Assembly (NCBI GenBank): GCA_039588275.1
Contig: JBDHAC010000053.1
Coordinates: 1-28,025, forward strand
Reading direction: 5' to 3'
From: Gemmatimonadota bacterium
Lineage (GTDB): Bacteria; Gemmatimonadota; Gemmatimonadetes; Palauibacterales; Palauibacteraceae
Length of the DNA stretch: 28,025 bases
The notes beneath the pieces are model-generated. The model was not told where the DNA came from, made no database searches, and saw only the letters and a list, made by a program, of their open reading frames with translations. Positions 7,288 through 16,755 of the stretch are shown piece by piece. How positions within the stretch are numbered: the first letter of the stretch is position 1; the number at the start of each line of letters is the position of its first letter. Both the position numbers and the translations under genes were made by a program.

Positions 7288-8753
7288 GAATCGACAGGCT
7301 CCGCGGACGTGGCGTGGTCGCCGGCGCGGTGCTCGCGTCGCTCGGCATCGCCGGCGTGCTGGCTTCGAGGACGGGCGCGAGACCCGCGTCGGGGGTGATC
7401 GTGTTCACGCAGGTGCCGGCCGGCGTGGCGGCGCCCGGCGGACCCGACCTCTCGCAGCGGTATCCCACCGGGAGCCGCATCGTCTCGTACGACCCTCTCG
7501 AACCAGAGGTGGGCGTTCGGGTGCTGACGGAGGACTTCCACTCGGCCCGCGCACCCGCCGTCTCTCCCGACGGCTCGCGGATGGCCTTCTCCGGTCAGAA
7601 GCAGGGAGGCGGTCCGTGGCAGATCTGGGAGTTGGAGCTCGAGCGCGGCCGGTCGAGGCTCCTCACGCCGACGGAGGGAGCCACCGACCCCGCGTATCTG
7701 GCCGACGGGGGCATCGTGTTCAGCGCGCCCGCCGCCCATGGTACGGCGGAGCCGCGCCACGCGCTGTTCACGGCAGCTCCGGACGCCGCCGATCCGAGAC
7801 CCATCACGTTTCATCCGGCCGAGGACTCCTCCCCGACCGTCCTCCTCGACGGGCGCCTCTTGTTCGTGACGCGAGGGTTTGCCGCCTCCACGGAATCCCG
7901 GCGCATGACCATGCGCGCCGATGGCACCGCGGCGGAGCTGTTCTACGAGAACCGAGACGGCGGCCGGCAGACGGGGCGGGCCCGGGAGACGCCCGATGAT
8001 CGGGTCGTGTTCGTCGAGTCGAGCGCCCGGGAGAACGCCGACCCGGTGGCCCCCGGTGGACGTCTCATCGCCGTCTCCGGACGCCGGCCGCTGCACTCAC
8101 GGATTGATCTCGGCTCGGGTATCGAGGGAGAGTTCCACTCGGTCGTCCCACTCTCTTCGGACGAGCTCCTGGTGTCGTACCGTCCGCCTGACCGAGCGCG
8201 TTACGGTCTGTACGCATTCGAGCCGCTCACGGGCCGGCTTGATCCGCTCCTTGACCCCGATCCGGGCTACGACGCCACAGAGCCGATCGTGGCGATCGCG
8301 CGGCCGGCGCCGAAGCGGTTCGAGAGCGTGGTCGACCTCCAAAGAGACACGGGCGAGCTCTACTGTCTGGACGCCGATCACTCCGATTTGCCAGCCGATC
8401 GGCAACCCGGATCGAGTGCCTCGATCGCATCGGTGCGGATCCTCTCGGCGACGGGCATCCTGGGCGAGGTGCCGCTCGAAGCGGATGGCTCCTTCTACAT
8501 CGAGCTCCCAGCTGATTCGCCCGTGCGGCTGGAGACTCTCGACGGGGCCGGCCGCGTCGTGCGGGGGCCTTCCAGCTGGATCTGGGTGCGACCGAACGAG
8601 CGCCGCGGCTGCATCGGGTGCCACGAGGACCGAGAGCTAGCGCCCGAGAACCGGGCCCCGCTCGCCGTCGAGAAGCCGCCCGTAACCCTCCCGTCGGTGG
8701 CCTCTGAGGCTCCGAGCGATGGCACGCACGGACCCGACGAGGTGGGGCGATGA
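7284..8753 (+). CDS. Hydrazine synthase alpha-subunit-related protein (TolB-like propeller, HZS-alpha middle domain, one CxxCH)
   Basis: PAVSPDGSRMAFSG...WQIWEL; ILGEVPLEADGSFYIELPADSPVRLETLD...WIWVRPNERRGCIGCHE; N-terminal hydrophobic anchor; GTGA overlap with the upstream stop. Confidence 0.8.
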   Translation: MRIDRLRGRGVVAGAVLASLGIAGVLASRTGARPASGVIVFTQVPAGVAAPGGPDLSQRYPTGSRIVSYDPLEPEVGVRVLTEDFHSARAPAVSPDGSRMAFSGQKQGGGPWQIWELELERGRSRLLTPTEGATDPAYLADGGIVFSAPAAHGTAEPRHALFTAAPDAADPRPITFHPAEDSSPTVLLDGRLLFVTRGFAASTESRRMTMRADGTAAELFYENRDGGRQTGRARETPDDRVVFVESSARENADPVAPGGRLIAVSGRRPLHSRIDLGSGIEGEFHSVVPLSSDELLVSYRPPDRARYGLYAFEPLTGRLDPLLDPDPGYDATEPIVAIARPAPKRFESVVDLQRDTGELYCLDADHSDLPADRQPGSSASIASVRILSATGILGEVPLEADGSFYIELPADSPVRLETLDGAGRVVRGPSSWIWVRPNERRGCIGCHEDRELAPENRAPLAVEKPPVTLPSVASEAPSDGTHGPDEVGR

Positions 8754-10759
8754 GCGTGGAGGGGCACCGGCGCAGGCGCTGGCCACTGCTGGCCGGGGCA
8801 GCCTTCCTCGCCGGCCTGATGGTCGCCATCCCCGGCTACCGCCACTCGGTGGAACACGTCAGACACATCTCCGGGAGCGAATCGGCGAGCCTGAACTGCG
8901 TACCCTGCCATGTGCTCTCGAAGCAGGACGGTCCGATAGGCCGCCTGTTGAACCGCGAATACCTGTCGCCGCTCGACATCGCCGTGGCCGACGACGGGAG
9001 CCGGCTGTACGTGACCGCCGAGGAAGGTGACGTCCTGCTCGCGGTGGATCTCCGTGAGAAGAGGGTGGCGAGCTCGATTCCCGTGGGGCGCCGGCCGCAC
9101 AGCGTCGTATTGAGCCCGGACGGCAGGGCCGCGTACGTGAGCAACCGCTGGTCGAATTCGGTCTCCATCGTCGATCTGAGGGCGGGTGAGGTGACGGGCG
9201 AGCTCCCGGTCGGCACCGGACCCTCGGGGCTGGCCCTGACGCCGGATGGGTCGGCGCTGTACGTGGCGAACACCGTTTCGAACGATATCTCGCTCCTCGA
9301 TCTGACGAGCGGCCGAGAGCGAAAGCGGCTGCCCGCCGGCAACGCGCCTTATGCCGTGTCGATGGCGCGCGATGGTGAGGCGGTGTACGTGACCAACCGG
9401 CTCTCCAGCCAGCTCGCCTTCCGCGAGCCGCCGGCAGCCGAGCTGACCGTCGTCGATGCCGGCTCGGAACGGGTCGGTGCGCGGCTCACCTTCCAGTCGG
9501 CGCACCTCATCGAGGGGATCGACCTCACGCCGGGTGGCCATTGGGCGGTGGTGACGCTCGTGCGACCGAAGAATCTCATCCCGGCCACGCAGATCGGGAG
9601 GGGCTGGATGCTCACCTTCGGTCTGGGCATCGTCGATCGGGCGCAGGGTGGGAGGGTCATCCAGCTACCCCTGGACGACGTCAACGCGTTCTACGCCGAC
9701 CCCTACGACGTCGTCGTCACGCCGAACGGCGAGCTCGCGTTCGTGAGCCATGCGGGGGCGGATGTCATCAGCGCCGTGGACCTCCAGGCCATCCGCGAGC
9801 TCCTGGACGGACTCCCCGCGGACAGCCTGGCCGTGTACGCCAACCACCTCGGCGTGAGCGATCGCTATGTCATCAAGCGGATCCCGACGGGCGCGAATCC
9901 GAAGGGTCTGGCCCTCGCCCCTGACGGGCGACGGCTGTACGTGGCCGAACGGCTCGACGACCGGATCTCCATAGTCGACGTTGAGCGCCTGGAGATCATC
10001 GACGCCATCGACCTGGGAAGCGGCAGGGAGACCTTCCTTCGCCGAGGCCAGAGACTCTTCCACGACGCGGGTCACTCGTTCCAGGGCCAGTTCAGTTGCC
10101 GCTCCTGTCACCCGGAAGGACACCACGACGCTCTGACGTACGATCTCGAGCCGGACGGAATCGGGCGCAACGTCGTGAACAACGTCTCGCTTCGCGGGCT
10201 GGCCGAGACGGCGCCGTATAAGTGGACGGGCAAGAACGCGAGCCTGTACAGACAGTGCGGCTTCAGATTCGCGAAGTGGCTCACCAGAACGGAGCCGTTC
10301 TCCGAAGATGAGCTCTATGCGCTCGTGGGCTATATCCTCTCGCTCTCGCCCGCCCCCGGCCGGTATCGCATGCCGTCGGGTGAGCTGACCGAAACTCAGC
10401 TACGAGGGCGAGCGGTCTTCGAGCGGACGGTCACGAACGACGGTGATCCGATCCCGCCGGAGAATCGTTGCACGACCTGCCACCCGCCGCCGCTGTTCAC
10501 CAACAAGCAGAAGGTCGATGTAGGCACGAGCGGTCCGACGGACACCGAGACGGAGTTCGACACGCCCGCGCTGAGCAACCTGTACGACCACGGGCCGTAC
10601 CTCCACGACGGGCGGGCGATCACGCTCGAGGAGATCTGGACGAAGTACAGCCCGGATGACACCCACGGCGTCGCGAACGACCTGACCAAGGCCCAGCTGA
10701 ACGATCTGATCGAGTATCTGAAGAGTCTGGGAGGCACCGACGACTCCAGTGAGCGATAG
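8750..10759 (+). CDS. YVTN beta-propeller fused to a di-heme cytochrome c peroxidase/MauG-like domain (HZS beta-gamma-like), three CxxCH
   Basis: CVPCH, CRSCH and CTTCH; repeats LYVTAE, AYVSNR, LYVAN, VYVTN; SLRGLAETAPYKWTG; FDTPALSNLYDHGPYLHDG; DLIEYLKSL; ATGA overlap. Confidence 0.88.
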   Translation: MSVEGHRRRRWPLLAGAAFLAGLMVAIPGYRHSVEHVRHISGSESASLNCVPCHVLSKQDGPIGRLLNREYLSPLDIAVADDGSRLYVTAEEGDVLLAVDLREKRVASSIPVGRRPHSVVLSPDGRAAYVSNRWSNSVSIVDLRAGEVTGELPVGTGPSGLALTPDGSALYVANTVSNDISLLDLTSGRERKRLPAGNAPYAVSMARDGEAVYVTNRLSSQLAFREPPAAELTVVDAGSERVGARLTFQSAHLIEGIDLTPGGHWAVVTLVRPKNLIPATQIGRGWMLTFGLGIVDRAQGGRVIQLPLDDVNAFYADPYDVVVTPNGELAFVSHAGADVISAVDLQAIRELLDGLPADSLAVYANHLGVSDRYVIKRIPTGANPKGLALAPDGRRLYVAERLDDRISIVDVERLEIIDAIDLGSGRETFLRRGQRLFHDAGHSFQGQFSCRSCHPEGHHDALTYDLEPDGIGRNVVNNVSLRGLAETAPYKWTGKNASLYRQCGFRFAKWLTRTEPFSEDELYALVGYILSLSPAPGRYRMPSGELTETQLRGRAVFERTVTNDGDPIPPENRCTTCHPPPLFTNKQKVDVGTSGPTDTETEFDTPALSNLYDHGPYLHDGRAITLEEIWTKYSPDDTHGVANDLTKAQLNDLIEYLKSLGGTDDSSER

Positions 10760-10762
10760 GCG

Positions 10763-12040
10763 ATGCGTTCGATCCGACGACTCGTGAACGGCTCCAGATC
10801 CCGCGCTCTGCTGACCGGATCACTGGCGGGTGCCCTCGGTTGGCTGGCGGTCGGCGGAGCGCAGTCGGCCAGTCCGAACCGCATGCAGCCTGGGCCGGAG
10901 TCTCCGGAGGCGCTGGCGGCGAACGGCGGGTCCCGCCCGCAGATGATTCGGGAGGCGACCGCACAAGCGGCACAGCCAGCGACCGCGCCGTCGCCCGCCC
11001 CCGCGAGCGGCCCCATGCCCGTCGTCAGCGAGTGGCGGACCTTCACCAAGAAAGACGGCCTGCCCTCCGACAAGATCTATGCGGTGAGGGTGGGGGATGG
11101 GCGGGTGTGGGCCGGCACGGATGCCGGGCTCGCGTACTACGAAGACGGCACCTGGACGACGCTGACGACCGCCGATGGTCTGGCTCACGACGTGGTGCTC
11201 TCCATCGATGTGAGCGAGCAGACGGGCGACGTGTGGATCGGCACCGCGGGTGGACTGACCCGCTGGTCCGCGGGCCGCTTCGAGATCTTCGATCAGCTCA
11301 ACAGCGGATTGGCGAACGACGTGGTCTACGGCGTGTCAACCGAACGGGAGCACCTATGGGTGGCCACGGCCGCGGGAGCGGGCCGCCTGAACACATATAC
11401 CGGACGGTGGGACATCTTCAACGAGCAGAACGCTCCGATGCACGAGCCTTGGACATACGGGGTCCACGTGCACGAGGGCGTGGCATACATCGCCGCCTGG
11501 GGGGGCGGGGTGCTCGAGTACGACTCCGAGACCGATCGCTGGCGCGATCACCGTGACCCCGATGGCGAGATGGAGATCGACCTCTTCCCCAATGACGGCG
11601 TGGTTCACGACATAACGACCGCCGTGTCGCACGAGGACGGCGTACTGTGGGTCGCCACCTACTTCGGCCTCAGCCGATACGACGGTGTCCGCTGGCGTGG
11701 CTACTTCGACCACGACAGCGGCCTGATCAGCAACTTCATCAACTTCCTGCGCGCCCGAGGTCCCGTGGTGTGGGTGTGTACGGACGAAGGCCTGAACGCC
11801 TTCGACGGGACCACCTGGGTCACGTATCGCCGGGACGACGATACGGGCAGAGGCGAAGTATCGATCTTCGACGGCACGACCACGGTCAGCCGAACCACCC
11901 CCACCGGCATCGCGCACAACTACGTGCTCGGCGTCGATCTCGAGGACGACCGCGTCTGGGTAGCGACCTCCCAGGGCCTGAGCCTGGGCTCGGCGATGCA
12001 ACAAGCCTCCGACTTTCTGGCACGGAACGACACGAAGTGA
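10763..12040 (+). CDS. Exported beta-propeller protein (two-component-regulator propeller repeats), stand-alone
   Basis: Repeats DGLPSDKI..VWAGTDAGL, DGLAHDVV..VWIGTAGGL, SGLANDVV, SGLISNFI; signal-like N-terminus; no kinase domain. Confidence 0.85.
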   Translation: MRSIRRLVNGSRSRALLTGSLAGALGWLAVGGAQSASPNRMQPGPESPEALAANGGSRPQMIREATAQAAQPATAPSPAPASGPMPVVSEWRTFTKKDGLPSDKIYAVRVGDGRVWAGTDAGLAYYEDGTWTTLTTADGLAHDVVLSIDVSEQTGDVWIGTAGGLTRWSAGRFEIFDQLNSGLANDVVYGVSTEREHLWVATAAGAGRLNTYTGRWDIFNEQNAPMHEPWTYGVHVHEGVAYIAAWGGGVLEYDSETDRWRDHRDPDGEMEIDLFPNDGVVHDITTAVSHEDGVLWVATYFGLSRYDGVRWRGYFDHDSGLISNFINFLRARGPVVWVCTDEGLNAFDGTTWVTYRRDDDTGRGEVSIFDGTTTVSRTTPTGIAHNYVLGVDLEDDRVWVATSQGLSLGSAMQQASDFLARNDTK

Positions 12041-12050
12041 GGATACGAGG

Positions 12051-12653
12051 ATGAGTGATAGCGCTGGTACGCTGACCAAGGCCCCCCGGATCGATGTGAC
12101 GCGGCTGAGTTCGGGCGAGGAACAGGAGCTGCGGAGCTTGGGCATGCTGGGAGAGGAGGGCTCCCTGCGCCCGTATATCCCGCCTGCGGTGCACCGCACC
12201 CGGCCCCCGATCGAGAGGTGCCGCGTCTCCGCCCCCGACATGCTGAACGAGGCGTTCAAGTACAGCCGGCCCTCGTCTTTCTCGCGAGCCTTGGCCATGC
12301 AGTTCGGCGACTACCGGGTCCTGCTCATCTCGGGCACCGCCAGCGTCGACGAGCAGGGATTCTCGGTCCACGAAGGGGACTTCCGAGCTCAGTGCTGGAG
12401 AGCGTACGGCAACATCACCGCGCTCCTGGAGGCCGAAGGCATGACGTGGCACGACATCGTCCGCACGACATGCTACCTGCGTGACATCGAGCGCGACTAC
12501 AAGGACTTCAACGAGGTGCGAACGGCCTTCTTCGAGTGGCTGGGTCTCGATCCGCTTCCGGCCAGCACCGGCATCCAGGCGCGGTTGTGCCGGGAGGACC
12601 TTCTCGTGGAGATGGAGGCTATCGCAGTCGCGCGGCGGGTTGGGGAGGAATGA
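12051..12653 (+). CDS. Rid/YjgF-fold protein resembling the catalytic domain of FkbO/Hyg5/XanB2 chorismatases
   Basis: EAFKY, SSFSRA, LLISGTASVD..G..VH.GD...Q, and LCREDLLVEMEAIA; no signal peptide. Confidence 0.78.
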   Translation: MSDSAGTLTKAPRIDVTRLSSGEEQELRSLGMLGEEGSLRPYIPPAVHRTRPPIERCRVSAPDMLNEAFKYSRPSSFSRALAMQFGDYRVLLISGTASVDEQGFSVHEGDFRAQCWRAYGNITALLEAEGMTWHDIVRTTCYLRDIERDYKDFNEVRTAFFEWLGLDPLPASTGIQARLCREDLLVEMEAIAVARRVGEE

Positions 12654-13972
12654 CCGTGAGGCCGCGCGCGGCTCGATTGGCAACCCTCGGCGCGATCGTG
12701 GCGTGCGCCGGCGCAACGCACGTCCTGTCCGGGCAGGAGGGTCAGGACGAACGGAAGGACTGGACGCGCTACGCCGGCACGCCGCCAAAGCTGGCACCGT
12801 TCCGCGAGTATCAAAGCCCCTACCTGTTCTTCTTCGACGAACGTCTGGAGTACCTGGGACCGGGGCGCGACAAGGTTCCACTCTCCGGGCTGACAGAGGT
12901 CAGACTCGGGTTCATCGGTCCCATCGAGGGATCCCGCCATGCCCGACTCGGCAGACGGATGCTCCAGGGAGCCACGCTGGCCGTGGAACAGGCCAACGCG
13001 GCCGGCGGCTTCAACGGGCTCCCCTTCAACCTGATCGTGCGGAACGATCTCGGGCTGTGGGGCGCTTCGAGCAACGAGATCGTGGCGCTCCACGATGCGG
13101 GCGTGTGGGGCATGCTCGGGTCCATCGACGGGGCGAACACGCACATCCTGCTGCGGCTCGCGCTGAAGCTGGATATGCCGATGGTCGTCACCGGTGACAC
13201 CGATCCCACGTTCACCGAGACCCGGATCCCGTGGGCGATCCGGGTGAACGGGGACGACCGTCAGAGCAGCTACGCCCTGGCGCTGCAGATCCACGACGTG
13301 ATGGGCTATTCCCGGGTGGCCGTGCTTCGGGTGAACAACCGGTACGGCCGCGTGGGGACCGCGGAATTCAAGGACGCGATGACGCGTCTCGGAGCCCCCA
13401 TCGTGCTCGAGATGCGATACGAGCCCGGCGATACGACGTTCGCTGCTCAGCTGGAGCGCATTCGTCGAGCCGACCCGGATGCGATCCTCCTCTGGGGAGA
13501 CGTCGAGGAGGCGGGGCTCGCTGCGAGGCAGATCCGCGAGATGGGCATTCGGCAGCCCGTGTTCGGCTCGGATCGGCTCGTCTCGGAGGACTTTCTCAGG
13601 ATTGCGGGACGGGCAGCTGACGGAGTCGTCGCGACGTACCTGTACGATCCGACGAGCGACGACCCGATCCTGCGGAACTTCAACCGCCGGTACCGGGAGA
13701 GGTTCGGCGAGGAGCCAGAGAGCTTCGCGGCGCACGCGTACGATGGCATGAACATCATGATCGAGGCGGTCCGGCGAGCGGGTCTGAACCGCGTCCGGAT
13801 CCGTGACGAAATGACGGATCTCACCAGCTATAGTGGCGTCACCGGCGAGATCATCTTCGATGAGAGGTGGGACGATGTCGGGCCGATCTGGATGGCTGAA
13901 ATCCGGGACGGAGGGTTTCACTTCTTCCCATCGCCCCTGGAACAGGCGAGGCATGAAAACTCACGGCCGTAA
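12650..13972 (+). CDS. LivJ/LivK-type periplasmic binding protein
   Basis: [48 protein letters not shown]; signal peptide; GGAGG RBS and ATGA overlap. Confidence 0.88.
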   Translation: MTVRPRAARLATLGAIVACAGATHVLSGQEGQDERKDWTRYAGTPPKLAPFREYQSPYLFFFDERLEYLGPGRDKVPLSGLTEVRLGFIGPIEGSRHARLGRRMLQGATLAVEQANAAGGFNGLPFNLIVRNDLGLWGASSNEIVALHDAGVWGMLGSIDGANTHILLRLALKLDMPMVVTGDTDPTFTETRIPWAIRVNGDDRQSSYALALQIHDVMGYSRVAVLRVNNRYGRVGTAEFKDAMTRLGAPIVLEMRYEPGDTTFAAQLERIRRADPDAILLWGDVEEAGLAARQIREMGIRQPVFGSDRLVSEDFLRIAGRAADGVVATYLYDPTSDDPILRNFNRRYRERFGEEPESFAAHAYDGMNIMIEAVRRAGLNRVRIRDEMTDLTSYSGVTGEIIFDERWDDVGPIWMAEIRDGGFHFFPSPLEQARHENSRP

Positions 13973-14852
13973 AGACGAAAGCGCGGCGCCAGGAACGCAG
14001 ACCCTCCGGGAGGCCAGGCTCGTCGCGTACGAGTCGAAGCCCGAGGGGACCACCGTCGTCGCGGGCGGCGTCGAGATCGGCGGCCCCGAGGCCATCGTGA
14101 TGGCCGGCCCGTGCGCGGTCGAGAGCAGGGAGCAGCTGCTGTCGACAGCACGTGCGGTTCAGGAAAGCGGTGCGAAGGTCCTGCGGGGGGGAGCGTTCAA
14201 GCCCCGCACGTCTCCCTACAGCTTCCAGGGTCTCAAGGAGGAGGGCCTCGAGCTGCTCGCCTGGGTCAGGCAGGAGACCGGACTGCCGGTAGTGACCGAG
14301 GTGATGGAAACCCGCAAGGTGGAACGGGTGAGCAACCATGCGGACATCCTCCAGGTAGGCTCCCGGCACATGCACGACTACGCTCTCCTCGAGGAGGTCG
14401 GGCGAGCGCGGATTCCGGTCCTGCTCAAGCGAGGATGGAGCGCCACGCTCAAGGAACTGCTCCTCTCGGCCGAGTACATCCTCAACCAGGGCAACGAGCA
14501 GGTCATACTCTGCGAACGCGGGATCCGTACCTTCGAGCCTTGGACACGCAACACCTTGGACCTCAACGCTATACCCTTCCTGAAGCGCCGTACCCACCTG
14601 CCGGTGATCGTGGATCCTAGCCACGGAACGGGGCTCAGGTGGATGGTCCCGAAGATGAGCAAGGCGGCGCTGGCGGCCGGGGCGGATGGTCTTCTGGTCG
14701 AGGTGCACTGCGATGTCGAAGCGGCCCTGTGTGACGGAGCGCAGTCCCTCACGCTCGAAGACTTCCGGGTGATGATGGACGACCTGCGTCGCCTGTGCGG
14801 TGTCCTCGACCGTCAATTCGTCGCTCCGCAGGTTACCGGAGCCCCGGGGTAA
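13953..14852 (+). CDS. aroF: DAHP (3-deoxy-7-phosphoheptulonate) synthase, type I-beta, catalytic barrel only
   Basis: [59 protein letters not shown]; 299 aa with no ACT or chorismate-mutase extension. Confidence 0.93.
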   Translation: MKTHGRKDESAAPGTQTLREARLVAYESKPEGTTVVAGGVEIGGPEAIVMAGPCAVESREQLLSTARAVQESGAKVLRGGAFKPRTSPYSFQGLKEEGLELLAWVRQETGLPVVTEVMETRKVERVSNHADILQVGSRHMHDYALLEEVGRARIPVLLKRGWSATLKELLLSAEYILNQGNEQVILCERGIRTFEPWTRNTLDLNAIPFLKRRTHLPVIVDPSHGTGLRWMVPKMSKAALAAGADGLLVEVHCDVEAALCDGAQSLTLEDFRVMMDDLRRLCGVLDRQFVAPQVTGAPG

Positions 14853-14855
14853 CCC

Positions 14856-15941
14856 ATGAAGCTACGGGCCGTGTGGTCTCTATTGCCCGCCATCGTGGCG
14901 CTCTCTCTCGGGGCGCGACAGCCGGCCCCGGTCCGGATCGGCCTCCTCGTCCCGGACGGAGAGCTCGGGGAGGCGGCGAAGCGAGGCGCCGCGATCGCCG
15001 TGGAAGCAGCCAACCGGGACGGGGGATACGGTGGCCGTCGATTCGAGCTGGCGGTGCGGTCGATCGAGGGTCCGTGGGGCTCCGGCACGGGCAAGATTAC
15101 GGAGCTCGCTTTCGATGAGTCGGTGTGGGCCATCCTCGGTCCACTGCGCGGTCGCAGCGCTCATCTCGCCGAGCAAGTCGCCGCCAAGGCCCATGTCGCG
15201 CTTGTCTCGCCCTGGGCGTTCGACCCCACGCTCACGCAGGCCAACGTGCCCTGGTTCTTCCGCTGCGTGCCCGACGACCGCCAGCAAGCTGCGGCGCTCG
15301 TTCGCGAGATCCTGGGTGTCCGTGGCCTCGATCGCATCGCGGTCCTCGTCGCGGGTTCGTATGACGACCGCATGGCGGCGGCTGCCTTCGCGGCGGAGGT
15401 GGACGCCTTCGCGAAGCACACCGGTCCCTCCCACCTGGTTCGCTGGCAGCTCCCCGATAAGGCCGAAGACCTCGAGTCGCTGCTGGCCCGGCTGGAGGCC
15501 GAGGAGGTCGAGGGCATCGTGCTCTTCGAACCTGATTGGGCGACGAGAACGTTTCTTCGGATGTTGCGAACCCGAGGCATGCAGCAGCCGGTCTTCGCCC
15601 CGCTGTCCAGTGCCGATATCGCGCTCCGGGCCTCGGACCCATCGTACGTTGGGGAGCTCGTCGTGGTTGCCCCCGGCCACTGGGCCGCCGCCCAAGGCCG
15701 GGCGTTCGAGCAGGCCTTTCGGGCAGCCTACGACGTTGCGCCGAGCGCCGTGTCGGCCTACTCCCACGACGGCCTGATGGTGATCGTGGAAGCCATTCGA
15801 CGGGCCGGGCTCGACCGGCGACGAATTCGCGACGCTCTGGCGGACGTCGACTACGTGCCAGGGGTCACCGGGCGAGTTCGATTCGACGAAAAAGGGAATC
15901 GCGTGGCGCAGGTGGAGCTGATCGAGCTAGCGCGCCGGTGA
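14856..15941 (+). CDS. Second LivJ/LivK-type periplasmic binding protein
   Basis: VRIGLLVP, GAAIAVEAANRDGG, PWFFRCVPDDRQQA, AYSHDG, GVTGRVRFDEKGNR; paralogous to 12650-13972. Confidence 0.85.
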   Translation: MKLRAVWSLLPAIVALSLGARQPAPVRIGLLVPDGELGEAAKRGAAIAVEAANRDGGYGGRRFELAVRSIEGPWGSGTGKITELAFDESVWAILGPLRGRSAHLAEQVAAKAHVALVSPWAFDPTLTQANVPWFFRCVPDDRQQAAALVREILGVRGLDRIAVLVAGSYDDRMAAAAFAAEVDAFAKHTGPSHLVRWQLPDKAEDLESLLARLEAEEVEGIVLFEPDWATRTFLRMLRTRGMQQPVFAPLSSADIALRASDPSYVGELVVVAPGHWAAAQGRAFEQAFRAAYDVAPSAVSAYSHDGLMVIVEAIRRAGLDRRRIRDALADVDYVPGVTGRVRFDEKGNRVAQVELIELARR

Positions 15942-16114
15942 ATGTGCGGCTCATCGAATACTCCACCCAGAACTCGCTTCGACGCAATGTGTGGCATCGT
16001 GCCGCCCGACGAGAACGAAATGGACGGGAGGTCGTTGGGCATCGCTCAGGCCACCCGCCCACAACCGGACGAGCAACGTTCTCCAAGGCTGCGGACTGGA
16101 TCCACGCCGAGAGA

Positions 16115-16633
16115 TCAGTCCCTGCCTCCGAGCAGCTCCTGCGGCTCGCCTCCTGTCGGCCCCATCTCGGCCACGTCCGCACTGGCGTCGAGCAATTCTC
16201 GCTCCTCCGCCATTCTGGCCAGCGCCAGCGAACCGGAGGCCGAGACTGCGCTCAGTAGAGTCGCGGAACCGATCATTGCGGCAGCCCGCAGCCAGAGGAC
16301 CGGCCCAAATCCGGCGTCCAGCTGCCACGCAGCGACCGCAAGCACGCCCAGCAGCAGACCACCCACCGCCCCCCAGGCACCGAATCGGGGAAGCGACAAC
16401 TCATCGAATCTGCGACGGCCCGCTGCGATCCGAAGCACCGTGGAGAAGATCGCACCGCCAAGGAAGCCGAGTGCCACCAGCGGCATGACCCAGTCATCGA
16501 GGGGAAATCCATCGGGAGTCCGGCTATTGCCTCCCATAACCAACCCTATCAGTAGGCCGACGGGCGCCCATCCGGCTGCCCAAGTCAGGCCCATCCCTAC
16601 TGCGGCGCGGATGCGTCTCAGCCCCTTCTTCAT
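16115..16633 (-). CDS. Hypothetical membrane protein, paralog of 19113-19544
   Basis: MKKGLRRIRAAVGMGLTWA...GRRRFDELSLPRFGAWGAVGGLL...GSLALARMAEERELLDA. Confidence 0.8.
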   Translation of the reverse strand: MKKGLRRIRAAVGMGLTWAAGWAPVGLLIGLVMGGNSRTPDGFPLDDWVMPLVALGFLGGAIFSTVLRIAAGRRRFDELSLPRFGAWGAVGGLLLGVLAVAAWQLDAGFGPVLWLRAAAMIGSATLLSAVSASGSLALARMAEERELLDASADVAEMGPTGGEPQELLGGRD

Positions 16634-16755
16634 CGCTATCTCCCTGTACCTCGCACCTTCTACTACGGATGGTGCCGATCGGGTCCGACGATGCCCTCGT
16701 GCCAGGCCGAAGTGGGCCTCTGCTCGTCGCGGGGTGATGCCTGAGGAAACTTGGC

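Noticed and set aside
7284..10759. True anammox hydrazine synthase (hzsABC)
   Set aside because: The alpha-like protein lacks the H+4 Tyr and the second heme domain, and no HAO/HDH genes are in the window. Gene symbols withheld.
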